DNA of 64,000 nt, taken from the NCBI RefSeq assembly GCF_001949145.1, contig NW_019091362.1, positions 372,670 through 436,669 of the forward strand, given 5' to 3'. Below, in pieces: positions 39,879-53,914 of the stretch. Under the pieces are notes generated by a model. That model had not been told where the DNA came from and searched no databases. It saw nothing but the letters and a program-made list of their open reading frames with translations. The DNA comes from Acanthaster planci (Eukaryota). How positions within the stretch are numbered: the first letter of the stretch is position 1; every line of letters begins with the position of its first letter. The translations under genes and the position numbers were made by a program.

Positions 39879-42800
39879 ATGTCATCTCAGCATCAGCATC
39901 AGTGTCTTGACAAACTGATGGTTGATGAGATGACAAACGAAGGCGCACATTTTGAACAACGAACCCCACTCCTGTCGAATTCCTCCCTTCCTTCCTCGTC
40001 AAGCAAGGCCAAGAGGGCGCCTTATAACTTGCCTAACTGGGTCCGACAGCGGCGTTGCCTACCACGGCTGGACGAGGTCGATTTCGATATGATCGATGCG
40101 ATCAGTCTTGGAAGCTTGAGTATCTCCCCGTCTGAGATCGACACTCAAGATGAGAATAACAACACAGCTATTGTCACGACAGGACTAGAGAATGGGTCAA
40201 AGGTCAATTCTAGTCGTGCAAAGAGAACTTACAGTGAAGACTCGAGTGATGGTGTTTTTCAAATTCAGAATCCTTGTGAAAGCCATCAGACAGGAAAGTT
40301 TCCACGCGGTGGTGTAGGAGACCGTTCCACGTACTCGCCAAAGAAGACAAAAACTTCGATGTCAACAGATAAATTGGCTTTCCAACAAAAACCCATTCAG
40401 GAAAATGTACCTTTTAATCCACCATCGAAACTCAGACCTGCAAAGACAGTAAGAAAGTCACCCAGTACGGAGAGCCTGCGCAGACGTTTAAAGAAAAGAG
40501 AGTCGCTTCTTCGACCAAAGCAGCTGAACAGTAACCTTAGCAACGCTAGGACAAAGACGTCCTTGAAGTCAAATAAAAAAACTCTTGACGAAAGTAATGG
40601 GGCAGTTGACCCAAAGGGCACTACTCAAGTGGGAAGTCTGGTTCGATCCAAGCCTTTGTACATGCGGGCAACGTCGGAGCGCGCACTGGATCCATGTGCA
40701 ATGAAGTTGCGGCTTGAATCTTCAATGGCCAGAAAATGGCGCCAAAACGGGGACAGGTCACCCCTTAGCGAGGTCACCAACGTCAGCCAGCCGCAGGCAT
40801 CTATATGCATGCGGATGGAGATCGTACAACGACCAGTAATGCGGGACGAGAACCACCGTAATAAAGGCGCAAGAAAGATACTGGAGCCCCCTCAGGGTTC
40901 AGGGAAACTGCCAGCGGGGAAGCTGAGGCCGACACCTCAGCGGTCCAAGTCGGCTTACTCCAAGGATCTCACCGAAACCAACAAGTCTTTTCCTCGTAGA
41001 TCAACAGAAGTAACAGAGGACTCCTCTCGACCCATAAGCCTCAAGGAAGAAAATATCGACAGCCTTTTCCGCAGCAGTTGCCAGAGTATGCACGATATTT
41101 TAAACTCCGATACAGACGTCGTTGAACTAAGTGAACTTACAAAAGTAGTGAACCCAAATATCGACTCGGCTCTTATTTGTGACTCATATCACCAAGAAAA
41201 CCCGGAGCAGGCCCAATACCAAGCCGACTCCTCGGGTCATATACAGCGACCACTTTTGGTAGCCACAAATTTAAAAGAAATTGATCATCAAGCCACACAA
41301 CTTCAGCCAATTTCTGAAGAAGAAAATGCAATTGGTGATCACATGGTGAATGCAGAGACTGATGATCCTCAACCGCCGAAGCATCTCATCCACAAACCAA
41401 CATTTGCCGACAACTCCGTTAAGGAAGCTCGTATTGTAAGCACAACCAAGATGGCGGTCAGTCCAAATCCAAATGAGGTAGATGCTTCGCTCGTGATACC
41501 GCCAAAAATGTTGAAATCCGCGTCTTTTACTGCACCGAGTAAGTCGAACGAAGGCAACATGACGTCTTCTAAGTCCACCACAAGATCGGCAACAAATGTC
41601 CGCGCACTGCAGACTCCTCTCACTCAACAACAGCGGCGGAAGGTGAGACGCAGACCCCCTGGCAACAAAAATGGGCACGGCCATCGCGTTTCGGCTGTGG
41701 AAGCATCCAGGGAGGATATCATAGAAGTCGTTGCCGCTATGAAAGTATCGCTGGACTCAAACAAAATCGCTCAGGAGAAAAGCAACGAAAGGCGTGAAAC
41801 CAATTCCGTCAAGGACGCCCTTGGCGACGCTGTAGCTGTGTACGACTGTGAGGCGAGGCATGAAGATGACGTCACAGTCAAAGTTAGTGACGTCGTCACG
41901 GTGCTAAACAAGGACGATCCTGATTTGCTATTTGTAGAGAAACGCGCTGGTGCCAAGGAAGAGGGTTTTGTGCCGAAAAACTTCCTTCAACGTAAGAAAA
42001 TAGACTGAATCGTTTTGTGACACTGAATGTTTAAATTAATCCAAAGCTTAGCTTCAGGTTGTTGAGGTCTTCTAAATAAGTCTGTAAACTCCAGGGTGGT
42101 TTCCCTGTACGTCTCGGCTTTACATGTAATCCGACTTCTGGCAATATCTGACAACTTATTGATCCAACAACTGCACGATTTAAAAGGCAGACAAAACCTG
42201 AGATTAGGCGAAGTGAGTGCATTTTAAAAGATCTACCTAAAATCTAGTGTGCAAATTGCTTCCTGTTAAATTGGAACTGTGGATACGACAACGAGGTAGC
42301 ATCAATTCTAACTATTACCAGTAGTCTTGCACGATTCGTTCTTAAATATTGAACAAGCATAACCGATTTAATTTCTTATTCTTTCGTATTTTTCTACAGA
42401 AAAACCGACCTCAGATTTTCATCGAAAAGCCAGTGATAACAACTCAGATATGTCCACTGTAGAAGTTGATGAATCCGTCGACACGATCCTTGAGAAAACA
42501 GAGCTGAATTGTCAAGTTGGAAATTCCCAATCCAAAAACGTCCCTCAACAAAAACTTGCCACATTTGTTCCAGCCAATCAAATCCTTTCACCTTGCCAAG
42601 CAATGAGCCAATCAGGTGACATTTCTTCAGTAGAATGGAGTGACCAAGTAAGTTGCGCAGAAGCCCGTAGTCTGCATCATCATTCTTCAAGCCAATCGAA
42701 GATCAGGAAATGTGGAAGAAGTCATGCTGGTGTGCCTAATCGCAAGTTTAACACCAACATTAGGAGCGGGACAAACGCTGTTCTGATTGAAACGTATGTA

Positions 42801-42989
42801 GTGGTGAGTGATTATACAGAACAAGATGAGGACGAAGTGAGCGTGGTGGAAGGAGAAATCGTGGTGGTGAACTCGGACCAGCAGCATGAGATGGACTGGA
42901 TGTGGGTATATGTACCTCGGACGGAGAGGTTTGGATTTGTGCCTGCATTCAGCGCCAGACCGTTAGGTTTTCATTTCTCAGACGTGTAA
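39879..42989 (+). CDS. Uncharacterised ~900-aa protein with long disordered N-terminus and two C-terminal SH3 domains
   Basis: Exon 39879-41991 (donor C|GTAAG) splices in phase to 42400-42989 (acceptor TTTCTACAG). SH3-1 is AVAVYDCEARHEDDVTVKVSDVVTVLNKDD...EGFVPKNFL; SH3-2 is YVVVSDYTEQDEDEVSVVEGEIVVV...DWMWV...FGFVPAF. An upstream acceptor near 39756 suggests a 5' UTR intron. Confidence 0.8.
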
Positions 42990-43307
42990 TTACATATGTA
43001 CATGCCTTTTTAAAACACATGTAATGCAACACATTGTACCACTGTGGTTTCATGTTCTCAAAGTTTCAGTAAAACGAATGTAACTTAGCTATTGGTGTTT
43101 ATGTGTTTCGTGCAAATACTGAAGTGGACTTTTAATAAACATGTCAAGATTGGAGTTTGATGAAGAGGCCATCCATTTTCCAACATTTTCATGACTATGT
43201 ACATATGCTTTTGATATATATCAATAATGACTATAATACAAAATAAAAAAATCATTTTCCCTTTTTTTGTACTCCTTAGGCAGGAAGTCCGACTCCAGAA
43301 AATAGTA

Positions 43308-43484
43308 CAGTCGAACTGCCTCATTAATAAGAGGTTGTTTGGACTTGGATAATCACCTTATTATAATAGGCACCTTGTATTATGAGGAATAAAAACAATG
43401 AAAACAAAGGATCGGGACCCCAAAATTTCCTTGTTCTAAGCAGAATCTTGTATTAACAGTGCTCGTCTTAACGAAGTTTGACTG
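43308..43484. mobile_element. Tc1/pogo-type MITE with TA target duplication
   Basis: TA|CAGTCGAACT ... AGTTTGACTG|TA. Confidence 0.7.
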
Positions 43485-43863
43485 TACACATGTACATGTA
43501 CCCTTAATGCTCGATATAAAATATATATATATAATATATGGCCCCCTGATGTCGAGAGATTGAATGAGGACAGCAAGCAAGGATCAAAGTACCTAAATTA
43601 ACATAGAGTAATACTCTAGATTTAATTTTCCTGATAGAACATTTTCATTGCACAACTTACACAGTTTTGTTAAACAAGGAAGTTCGTTCTTAATTTTTTT
43701 TTTACCGTATCCTACGCAATAAGATTTAAAACATACATGTTTTAATATTCACAATGAGTAATCAACAAAAATTCATCGTTGTCTAATTTGCATTGACGTA
43801 AAAGCAAGATTACCATAAACATGTATATGTATATCGTGTACATATATTTGCAAGTTATATTTA

Positions 43864-43982
43864 GGCTGCTTCCGAATCCGTTGTCTAGAGCTAGGTCTAG
43901 GTCTTCACTCCATTGAAAGTACGTGGAGACGCGTAGACAATAGACCTAGCCGTAGCTCTGGAAGCCGGTTTCGGACACGGCC
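43864..43982. mobile_element. PIF/Harbinger (Tourist)-like fold-back MITE
   Basis: TTA|GGCTGCTTCCGAATCCG ... CGGTTTCGGACACGGCC|TTA; internal GCTAGGTCTA/TAGACCTAGC arms; a near-identical partial copy lies at 3937-4035. Confidence 0.75.
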
Positions 43983-45299
43983 TTACACTACTAACGATGT
44001 CATCATTCTACATCTATAGAGCCTTTTGCGGTGATTTGATGTCAAAGATTCCATCAAATCAAATACTACGCACGAGACATTACTGTATTTACTATGGCGT
44101 GGATCCCCATAGGAGGGATATACTGTATTCCCACTTGTTGTTCAGGAGATGAGGTATACAGTTAAACCTCGACGACAAAAGTGGTGTTCGTACAACATCC
44201 TGCATAAAACAAGGAATGTTTTATTGTTTGTCTTCCAATATTGACGATCATGTTTCAACAAGTATATTCGTAACGTCCCAGCACCTTGTTAGAATATTTG
44301 ACTACATGTATATAGAAATTGACAATGAAATGAGACGATGGACATTTTAACTGTTTATACTTCAATATACATTATATCGTTCGTAATATATGTATTTTTC
44401 TCAATAAATAATACACGTATTCAGTTACCGTTTATACGCGCAGTTAACGTGCATATGCAATTATACATTAAAAAAATTAAAAGTAGCGATTCCAATTATG
44501 TGCAGCTCAAAGTTAATTATCTTTTACTACCTTTTTCTGTGTGTATTGTTCAAAACATGTTTGTAGTATTTTCATAAATATGTCAAATAACAATACTTTA
44601 ATAATACATATATATAGCAAATATCTTAGAATCATTCATAAATAATGCAAACATGGACACTTACGAGAGATAGAAGTATCATTTTATAAAGGTAGAATGG
44701 TTGATGGATGTACTTATTTTGAATGATATTAAGCAGATTTGACGGTTTGGTTTTAAATTATGTTGTCATTACAGCTGTGATATAATCGGTCGAAATACAA
44801 ATTCTTAATTTTGGGATACAATGCTCAGATAATCATTATTGCAAAGGTAGACATATTTGGAGCAATGTGTTACAGGTTTACACCCCACATGTCGAATTTC
44901 GTTGAAATGCGTAAGGGTAGGCCTTCCTGTAAAGTTCAGTCGATGACTTTGAACCCACATGGTCATGAGTGTCGATTGGCTTAAACGCCAACTGTGCGTT
45001 GAACTTGCTTGAAATGCAGCATTGGTTGACCGTGCTAATAAACGGGCGTCGTTGTACGACTTTCCACTCGACATATATCTTGCCAACTACATTGCAGAAG
45101 TCGATGTCAAAGGATTTAGGGGGGGGGGGCTTTGAGGGAAATGGGACCCGAGAGTAATACGCCGCGAATTGCAATATGGCGACTTGTACAAACCGACTTA
45201 GAAATAAAAATTCTGATGGAAATGCATCAGAGACGATCGGGACTTTCGTAAGACTGCCGACTTGGGCAATTTGCCTATTCATCAACAACTGTTGACTCA

Positions 45300-45815
45300 A
45301 CTACAGCATAAACCAAATTGTGCTGCATGCCTCATAACACGAACCAAACGCTTCTCGCACATAATGGCCACTCTTCCACTAGCTTCCCATCAATTATAAA
45401 ATCATGTACAAACCAATGCTTCTAACGTATCGCTCACTACATAACACGTCTCCCCCACACTCCTGTCTCCATACAATTCCGGTCGTTCAGGTCTCCGGTC
45501 TGCTAACCAGCATCTTTCGGCAGTACCGAGATCGTTCTAATCCTGGGAAACACATCATTCCGTATCGCTGCCCCACGTCTATAAAAAATACATGTAGTCT
45601 CCCCTTGAACATGCAGTCCAGCACATCTCTCAGCTCTTTCAAAACAGAACTCGAGAGATACTTTTATAACCTTGCTTTCGGCGCCAGCTTGTAAGCAAAT
45701 ATATATTTTTTTCTCTGTACATATTAACTGCAATTAATTTACTTTCACTTTTGTAGCGCCATGAGCGCCTTTTTCTCAGGTGAATTTGTGCGTTTTATAA
45801 ATGCTCTTCTTATTA
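45300..45815 (+). mobile_element. Decayed LINE (L2/CR1-like) 3' end
   Basis: LPINYKIMYKPMLLTYRSLHN...SLSSFKTELERYFYNLAF, then a 3' tail TGTAGCGCCATGAGCGCC...GCGTTTTATAAATGCT..TTATTAT. Confidence 0.65.
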
Positions 45816-46037
45816 TGTGCGCGATATTGACAATTTATGTAGCCGAAAGCTACAGTACTTTTATTTCCAACGTATCCACTGTCTTAGTGGGCGTGGTCTC
45901 AGTTTCAAGGATGTCACTGTAACGAGGGAGCTACGCCAAAGAGATAGGCCTAGGCCTACTGAAGAGGTGATTTTTGTAAAGTTTCTTTTAAGTTAGTGGT
46001 ATCGTGATGACAATATGTGAACATGTATAATTTTTAC

Positions 46038-49000
46038 TCATGTCACTCTTGACACAGACCCCACTAGTCCAACTTGTATAAATAGCGAAAACATTGTCAC
46101 GACAACCACAGTTTCCCTTGCCTGTTTGCAAACTACAGCCGTTGAGGGCGTCCAATCGGTGACGTTTTCTACATGTTGGTTGACGTTCGCGCTGAACAAA
46201 GAGATGTTCAGAACAACGGGATCGGGTGAGTCGTGATGAATTGTGAACTTTTGGTTTGAAGTGGCATATCCGTACTTAGAAACCTGTGTTAAAGAGGGAA
46301 GAAACGTTTTTATTAAGGCCTATGCCTGTTTTGTAGACTGCGGGTGGTCGATGGATTGGATGTTCAGTAAAATCGATTGGTTTAGCCATGCCTATCTTTG
46401 AATTGGTTATACTCCATCTTCAAGAGATCATAAGACACACGACTTACTAGCAGCGTGTATGAGCCAGGGAGGAGTATTTTCCAATACTCTCCCAAAGAGG
46501 TAGTGAACTGCGGATGGGGCGACTTGAGTTCGACAATCGATACACTAGCGCCCTCTATCGGTCGGTTGTCAGTGTTGAAAACTTGGCCCTTCACGCCTGT
46601 AATAGATAAAACAACATTCAATTAAAACACTTCATGTTACGTGTACACGTACATCAGAAATGTGCCAGTGCTTGTAGCCTTCTACGTACATGCACCAGTA
46701 TTACATGTTTAACACACAACTTTCTTGAAACGCGTTTGAGTAGGCCCTGAATTTTTTTAAATACATGTGTTCCCCCTTGATTCACGGGGAGAGAGGTGAT
46801 TTCTCTCACAACAAATAAAAGTTAATAAGATTTTAGACTCTGGACTGAGTGAGACTCGGAAAATCGGATTTTCATTCCTTCGGTGGGGAGCGTTTTCCAA
46901 TTCTGAACAGTCGACGTTAGCCCTACCTCTGTTGGCCTGTTTCAGGAATTCCAGCATCGGGGATCTATTCTCCTCCCAGTACGCCCGAAGCTCCGACGCG
47001 GCCGGATATTTACAGCAAGACATCTCAACGGTGATTTCCATGCAACCTCCGAAGATGTAGTTGAAGTCTTGCATCCCACCTAGAGGATGGAAGACGCCAC
47101 TTTCAATATGGGAGGATTTTTGTTGGTGAGGGTGGTTTTTTGGAACATTATTTAATTTATATCTATGGGGAGATGGGCATTATGGTGAGTTAGTTTAGAA
47201 CACTGAGAAGCATCTTATAATTCTTTAAATGTTGATTTTATTTTGATTAACAATTAGGCCAACCAGCGCCAAGAATCTTGTACATATATACGCTTTCTTG
47301 AGAAAGCCGCTCCGCTAGCGCTACAATCTCTTCTCCAAGCCAGGAGCAATAGGGAGTTCTCCTCTCCAAGCCAGGAGCAATAGGGAGTTGAAACTTTGGC
47401 ACAATTGTGACTGAAGATGGGAAAATTTGAAGTATTCGTTTCCTTAGCCAATTAACCACACACTGCGTTCGGATGGGATGATTACCTTCCTGTTCGTAAC
47501 TTGTCTATATCCTGCAAGAACGGGGATCTTTGTTTCTAACCTTCGGCTTCGTCTCCGGTTCAGTTTTAGACTTCAGCTTCGTGAATACGATCCTAAAGCT
47601 GATATACCAGCTAACACAGGAAATAATTCGTTCTAACAAGAACCCAAATTGTGGATTATGGAATATTACATCCGAGTTCAAAAAGTAAACCTCTGAAAAT
47701 TAATACAGGAGCTCGAGGTGAGAAGCCGAAACTGAGACGAAGCTAAATACAATTTTAAAAAATTGCCTTGGACATGCCCACCTGCGACTGAATACCAGTC
47801 TGCCCCGTTGGTAATCCCATCCACGAATCCAGTGTCGGTGTTCGGGCTGCAGATGTTCTCCTGAACCAGATGCATCCTGGGATGTGCCTTTGAATATGTC
47901 TTGGCCAGGAATCGGAACACGTCATCATCAGGACTCTGGTGATACGCAGTGTCCATAGGCCGTTCCGTTCCTGTTGATATCCGTGAAAGATAAACTTGTT
48001 TATCAATTTCCAACAAGGCTGTATGATCACCAGTTTCAATAACAATATTTATATGGAGCTGTTGGGGGGGGCAACAAATCAGACAGTAAAATTTCCAAAT
48101 CTCAGCATAATAATTCCTCTCTCGCCTATACCGCACCAGGTTGCCCCGTGTCGTAGGGGTAGTTTGCCACGAGTGCCCCGCCGTGGAAGTTAGCTGAAAG
48201 AACGAACTTGTTCCCGTGTATCCAATCGACGACGGCCTTCGTTTCGGGCTGAATCGGGTCGACAGTCGGCTCGAAGTAGTCTGGGAAATTGCGGTTCAAA
48301 TCGTACCCGTTGCTGTTGGCTCTGAACAGGCAGTGGTGAAGAAAACAAAAATCTTGACCCGACTCCTTCCATAGTATTTCAAATTAAACGAACGCAGACA
48401 CCCACGAACACCTGAACATTTTCCTAACTAGTTCTCAAACCTATTTTCATGGAAAATATTTTCCTAACTGAATGGTCTCAAATACCAACTTACGAGAACG
48501 AAAAGAAATCTTCATTCACTGACGCAGACCCACTAGTACATCCAAAGTGGAACGTAAATTCAATTCGCGGGAAAACCATGCATCTCAATCATTTTTTTTT
48601 ATCATGAACTGGAATCTTTTTCCAAAAAGAAAAAGAAAAAAGAAAGAAAAAGAACAAGGAAAGAAAAGAAACCCTTCAACATGCCTGAATGTAGTTGTTA
48701 TGTTCGCTTTGGCAATTTGGACAACAACAAAAAAAAACTACCTCAGATCAACACCCCTGCATCTCTGTTTGGACACTTCGAAACCGTCTGGGTTCATGGA
48801 GGGCATGATGTGGATTCGGGTGGTGTCCATCAGTTTCCTTATCTGTGGGTTTCCACCTCGATATTCCTTGAGGAGGTATTCGATAAGATGAAGAAGAACC
48901 TCCCTGCCAACAGCCTGAAGGCGAAACAGTTAAGGAAAAAAGAATCCGGCGTGGTCATCAAGGCTGTTGTCAATATAGACCCAATTAGCAGTTACCAACG

Positions 49001-50114
49001 CAACATTCCCCTCGTCACATCATTACTTTCGTCATTACTGTGCAATCAGTATTTAGAAATGTTAAAAGAATATACAGCAAATGGTTAGGGGTCATAAGTA
49101 CTTCACGTAAGCATAAACGCAGTGTTATTTCAATTTTTCACAATAAAGAGGGGTAGATTTGAGTGATAAAACATGTAGATGTATGACATCTTTACTGCTC
49201 AGCAACATCATCAGATTGACCCTTGTTGGTTACAACCATAGGTGACCCACGTTTGACATCAAGACCTAATGAGGGCTAGTGCATGTAGAATTTTTATTGT
49301 AAAAACTGGTCTCACCTCGTTTCCGTGCATATTACCAACGTATTTGGCCTCCGGTCTGCCTATGATGCGACCGTGTGGTTTCTTACCCGCCACGGCCACT
49401 GCCCACAAGTCTCTCCCTATAGAAAAGCATTGAGAAGTTATCGGGAATTGCGGAAGCACGCTCGTGAGTTTACAAGACAGATTTTACTGCTCAGAGGAAG
49501 GCGCGGTTTCCTGAGCGGAAGGTCACATCCGTCAATCCCCAAAAGCCCATTGTTACTCTGCTTTCTTCATTTTGCGCAGCATGCATGGATGCAGTTAATT
49601 TTAATAATGAAAAAAATACGGTGCGGGATTCCTTTGAAGCTCAAATTGAGGGGAGTGAACAGACAACCTAATTTGATTACAACTTAAGAAATCACATGAT
49701 CTAATTCCATTTTAAGAAGCCAGTTTCAATCTGCTCACAGACATCTGTTCAAGTTCTCCATGAATACATAGACCACGTATGTCTAACTTTGGATGTTTTA
49801 CATGCGACAATCTTAGAACTTTAGAAGTAAACAATTTGGCAGTTTCTCCATTCTTTGGCATTAATTTAAAAAACATAAAAATTACAGAGTTAAAAAACTT
49901 CTTTATAATAACTGGTAAAAATTGTAATTTTCAAACCTTGAACCGATTTTCCAATGCTGTATATGTGACTAGTATCTGGATACATGTTTGTCAGAGACGT
50001 CATCACTGACGTCAGCTGTGCATGGTTGTGGTATTCAAACTTGACAATGGGTAGGGCACAAACTCCACATGAAATCACGAACAGAAGGAAGTGAACAGCC
50101 CTTCCTGACGTCAT
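46038..50114 (-). CDS. CPM: Carboxypeptidase M-like M14B zinc carboxypeptidase (signal peptide, probable GPI tail), 8 coding exons
   Basis: Exons 50114-49937, 49416-49316, 48914-48742, 48321-48137, 47970-47782, 47079-46927, 46596-46448, 46283-46038. Motifs [69 protein letters not shown], transthyretin-like [12 protein letters not shown], and a hydrophobic C-terminus. Confidence 0.92.
47333..47389 (+). repeat. ~30-bp tandem duplication in a CPM intron
   Basis: CTCCAAGCCAGGAGCAATAGGGAGTT occurs twice. Confidence 0.85.
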
Positions 50115-53100
50115 GACGGAATTACATTCATTAATCTACAGGAAAAAAGTGGAAAAACAATTGTCGACACCATTAAACAGTTTGAATGCAATGCAGTGGC
50201 ATAACGGGGGACCGGCAGCTTTTTGTTCTCCCGTGCAGTTCCCCCTAACCCCCCCCCCTTCCTTGGAAATCTTGAAACTAACACAACCGACACACAAGCA
50301 AAGGATTATGCTTTCGGTGTGTGACGCGGCGTACGCCCTACCTGAGAGTTACGCCGCTGCCAAGATGGCAAAATACAGAGCCTACCATAACAAGTTAAAG
50401 GCTGGAGATCATAGTCGGGCAAATAAAAAAGGTCCAACCTTTCCAAGCAATCTGTTAAAGTATCGAATTACAGAGGAAAGTTGATTGACTGATGGCGGCG
50501 AAATAGCAGATTTCGTCCAAGATGGTCGAAAGACGCTCACGGTGACGGGTGGTCGATTATTTCCAACACCCATCACACCAAACACACACATCGCAAAGGT
50601 TATTGGCCGATCTGGCACTGTCCCTAAAGCTATATCACGAAAGCAGATCACACCGTGCGCTCAAATGTACACGAAAAACTTCCAGAGCGAAGAAAAATTT
50701 ATCATGGTTACTTGGATTTATGACCGGGTCAAGGCGCTAATTGAGAAAAATACTTACATAATCCACTTACTCTGAGGGGTGTCAGAGATGACCATCTAGA
50801 CTTCTTCCTCATGCCGATGGTATACACGTCTCAAGTTCACGTGCACTTCAAAACCCATTCATAATTTTTTCCACCCTAAGCCATAGAAATAACAGCGTGA
50901 CAATTTGCAGGAAATGGAAGATTCGCCGGTTCCAGACACCACTTGCCACGGCAAGGCACTGTGGGCGCCAGCGATGGTTAGACCCAAGCGCGTTATTAAT
51001 AGTGAGCCGAAAAATGACACATTTCCGAATGGTCAACCAGGCCTAGATCCTGAGACTAATTACTACCGGGCAAATGGCTGTTAGGAACAGACGGAAATTG
51101 TTCCTACAGACCTCGACTGACGTGGCTGTGTCAGTCCTTCCTGATTTGTCTGGCTTCCTCAACGCAATTGTGTTCCACATTCATTATTGAAAGTTATAAC
51201 ACACGAAGTCACAAACCGAAGCCACAGGCTCCGTAAAATAATAGTGTTTTTATTCGAGGATGTGCGCCCAGGCAGTTAATGCAACTGTTGCATGAGTCAT
51301 GTCCTATATGAGGACTGGATTGCTAAAGATCGGAAGATTTTGCCTGAGCTTTGTGCCCACGGGTGGCATTTGTCAGCGACACAGCATAGATCTCAGTCAA
51401 CAGGCTTCAACCACACCCTTCTTCAGAATAAACTCCGTGAAGAATTTATGAAAGTTTAATCAACATTAATAAACGTTGACATACCAGGGCGGATCCAGGA
51501 TTTTCCCGGGGGGGCATGATCTACGGTTTTCCAAGGGGGGTGGTAAATTAAGAGCACTGATTGTATATTTTTGTCAATGGTAAAATGAACGCGGGCGCGT
51601 AGTGCAATTCCCTTATTTTGGATTCTAGACGCTCTGTGGTGCGTTTTCAGGCAGTATTGCCCCTCTTTTTCCTTCTCCCTCCTTCTTTTTCTCCTTTCCT
51701 TCTTTCTTTCTTTATCTATTCATTTATTTTGGGATGAAAAGGGAGGCGTCACAGAAAGGAAATTAACTCTCTTGGGTGGGTGCACTACACATTCCCTTAT
51801 TACATCGTAACACGTTAAAAAAATGCACCAACAGTTTTCATTTTTGCTTGGGTCTTTGTTGTTATTGTTGTTTGTGTGTGTTTGAACTATATGATATAGT
51901 ATTAACGAAAGGAATCAAGGTTACAAGGTTGTTTCCAAAGGAACGGCCAACATGAAGACAAAATACATACATACATACNNNNNNNNNNNNNNNNNNNNNN
52001 NNNNNNNNNNNNNNNNNNNNNNNNNNNNNNNNNNNNNNNNNNNNNNNNNNNNNNNNNNNNNNNNNNNNNNNNNNNNNNNNNNNNNNNNNNNNNNNNNNNN
52101 NNNNNNNNNNNNNNNNNNNNNNNNNNNNNNNNNNNNNNNNNNNNNNNNNNNNNNNNNNNNNNNNNNNNNNNNNNNNNNNNNNNNNNNNNNNNNNNNNNNN
52201 NNNNNNNNNNNNNNNNNNNNNNNNNNNNNNNNNNNNNNNNNNNNNNNNNNNNNNNNNNNNNNNNNNNNNNNNNNNNNNNNNNNNNNNNNNNNNNNNNNNN
52301 NNNNNNNNNNNNNNNNNNNNNNNNNNNNNNNNNNNNNNNNNNNNNNNNNNNNNNNNNNNNNNNNNNNNNNNNNNNNNNNNNNNNNNNNNNNNNNNNNNNN
52401 NNNNNNNNNNNNNNNNNNNNNNNNNNNNNNNNNNNNNNNNNNNNNNNNNNNNNNNNNNNNNTTTGGAATCTTGTCTTCCTACTATACCTCTGTGGTTTTC
52501 TACCATTGCGGACTTTATACCTTGTGCCACAGACGTGTGTTTTGTGGCTAGACCTATGATGAGGTGAGAAAGGTAGAGAATAAAGGAAAGAAGAAAAAGC
52601 AAAAGATGTCATGAAATATAGATATTATTCTATGCAAGCAAGGGAAAACCAACATTTGGAAAGAGTTCCATTTACGGACGCTACTTGCCACCCCATGCAC
52701 AAATCCTGTGAGACTGGTCTGAAAATTTTAAGTGTTTTCTAAGTGAACGCCTTCGTATTTTCCCCCCTAAATTGAACTTTTCTTGACATATTTGTCTTTC
52801 TGATGGCTAATAGGTCAATGTAGGAAAGTAATTACTGGCGTCTGTATGTGGAACTCTTCCCCGACATTTTAAGTGATGTTCACTCCTCAAAACATTTTTG
52901 CTTGGGTCTTTGTTGTTATTGTTGTTTGTGTTTGTTTTATTTTGTTTTGTTTCCAACCAACCCGCAGCTGACTCTCCCCCCTCGGTGGTCGAGTGGGTTA
53001 TCCGCCTTGATCAGGAGCACCCTCTCGTCGTCTGAAAAGAGCCATGTTGGTTGCGAGTGTTCATTGTGGTGATAGTGACGCGACCTTAACGCAGGCACTT

Positions 53101-53704
53101 CACAGTCGTTTCCGAATAGTATGTAACAATTCTAGAAGAATTTTGACAGTGTTCATATTTTGAACAAAATATGAGATACGTGCATACCTAGTTCCCTCTA
53201 TATCTTCCATTAGTTTGCACTTCACATTTCTGGAAATGTCATGAAGGGGCACTGTTATGGTGAGAAGAACAAGGGATGATTACTTGCATGCGGAAAGTAT
53301 GTTTCCATTGTCACAGTTAGGACCCTGGGTGAATATCATACCGTAGAATTTAAAAGACAGACCTTCCTTAATTTTTTTGAATATTTCGTTTACCCCCCTC
53401 CCCGCCAATTGATTCAATTTATCAAGTAAGCACGCATGAAGTGATCATGGGGGGGGGAACATATCAAGCATGCTTAAATGGAATTCACCAATTGTACGAT
53501 GTCCTGTTAATTTCCGCAAGAGCCGCGAGCTTGACTGAGAGAGGGCGCAATTTTCCTGACAAGGCTAACAAATACTTCCCCCCGAAAAAGCACACTTGAA
53601 AGCTGGTGTCCCCTTGTGCCCCCCACTAGTAAAATCCTAACAACGCCACTGATACTATTACCTTTTAAAAGAATGGTTAAAAGTGTAAGCCTATATCAGA
53701 GTCA

Positions 53705-53914
53705 CAAATCAAATCAAATCAAATCAAATCAAATCAAATCAAATCAAATCAAATCAAATCAAATCAAATCAAATCAAATCAAATCAAATCAAATCAAATC
53801 AAATCAAATCAAATCAAATCAAATCAAATCAAATCAAATCAAATCAAATCAAATCAAATCAAATCAAATCAAATCAAATCAAATCAAATCAAATCAAATC
53901 AAATCAAATCAAAT
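53705..53914 (+). repeat. (AAATC)n pentanucleotide microsatellite, ~210 bp
   Basis: Uninterrupted AAATC run about 340 bp upstream of the PA2G4 ATG. Confidence 0.98.
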
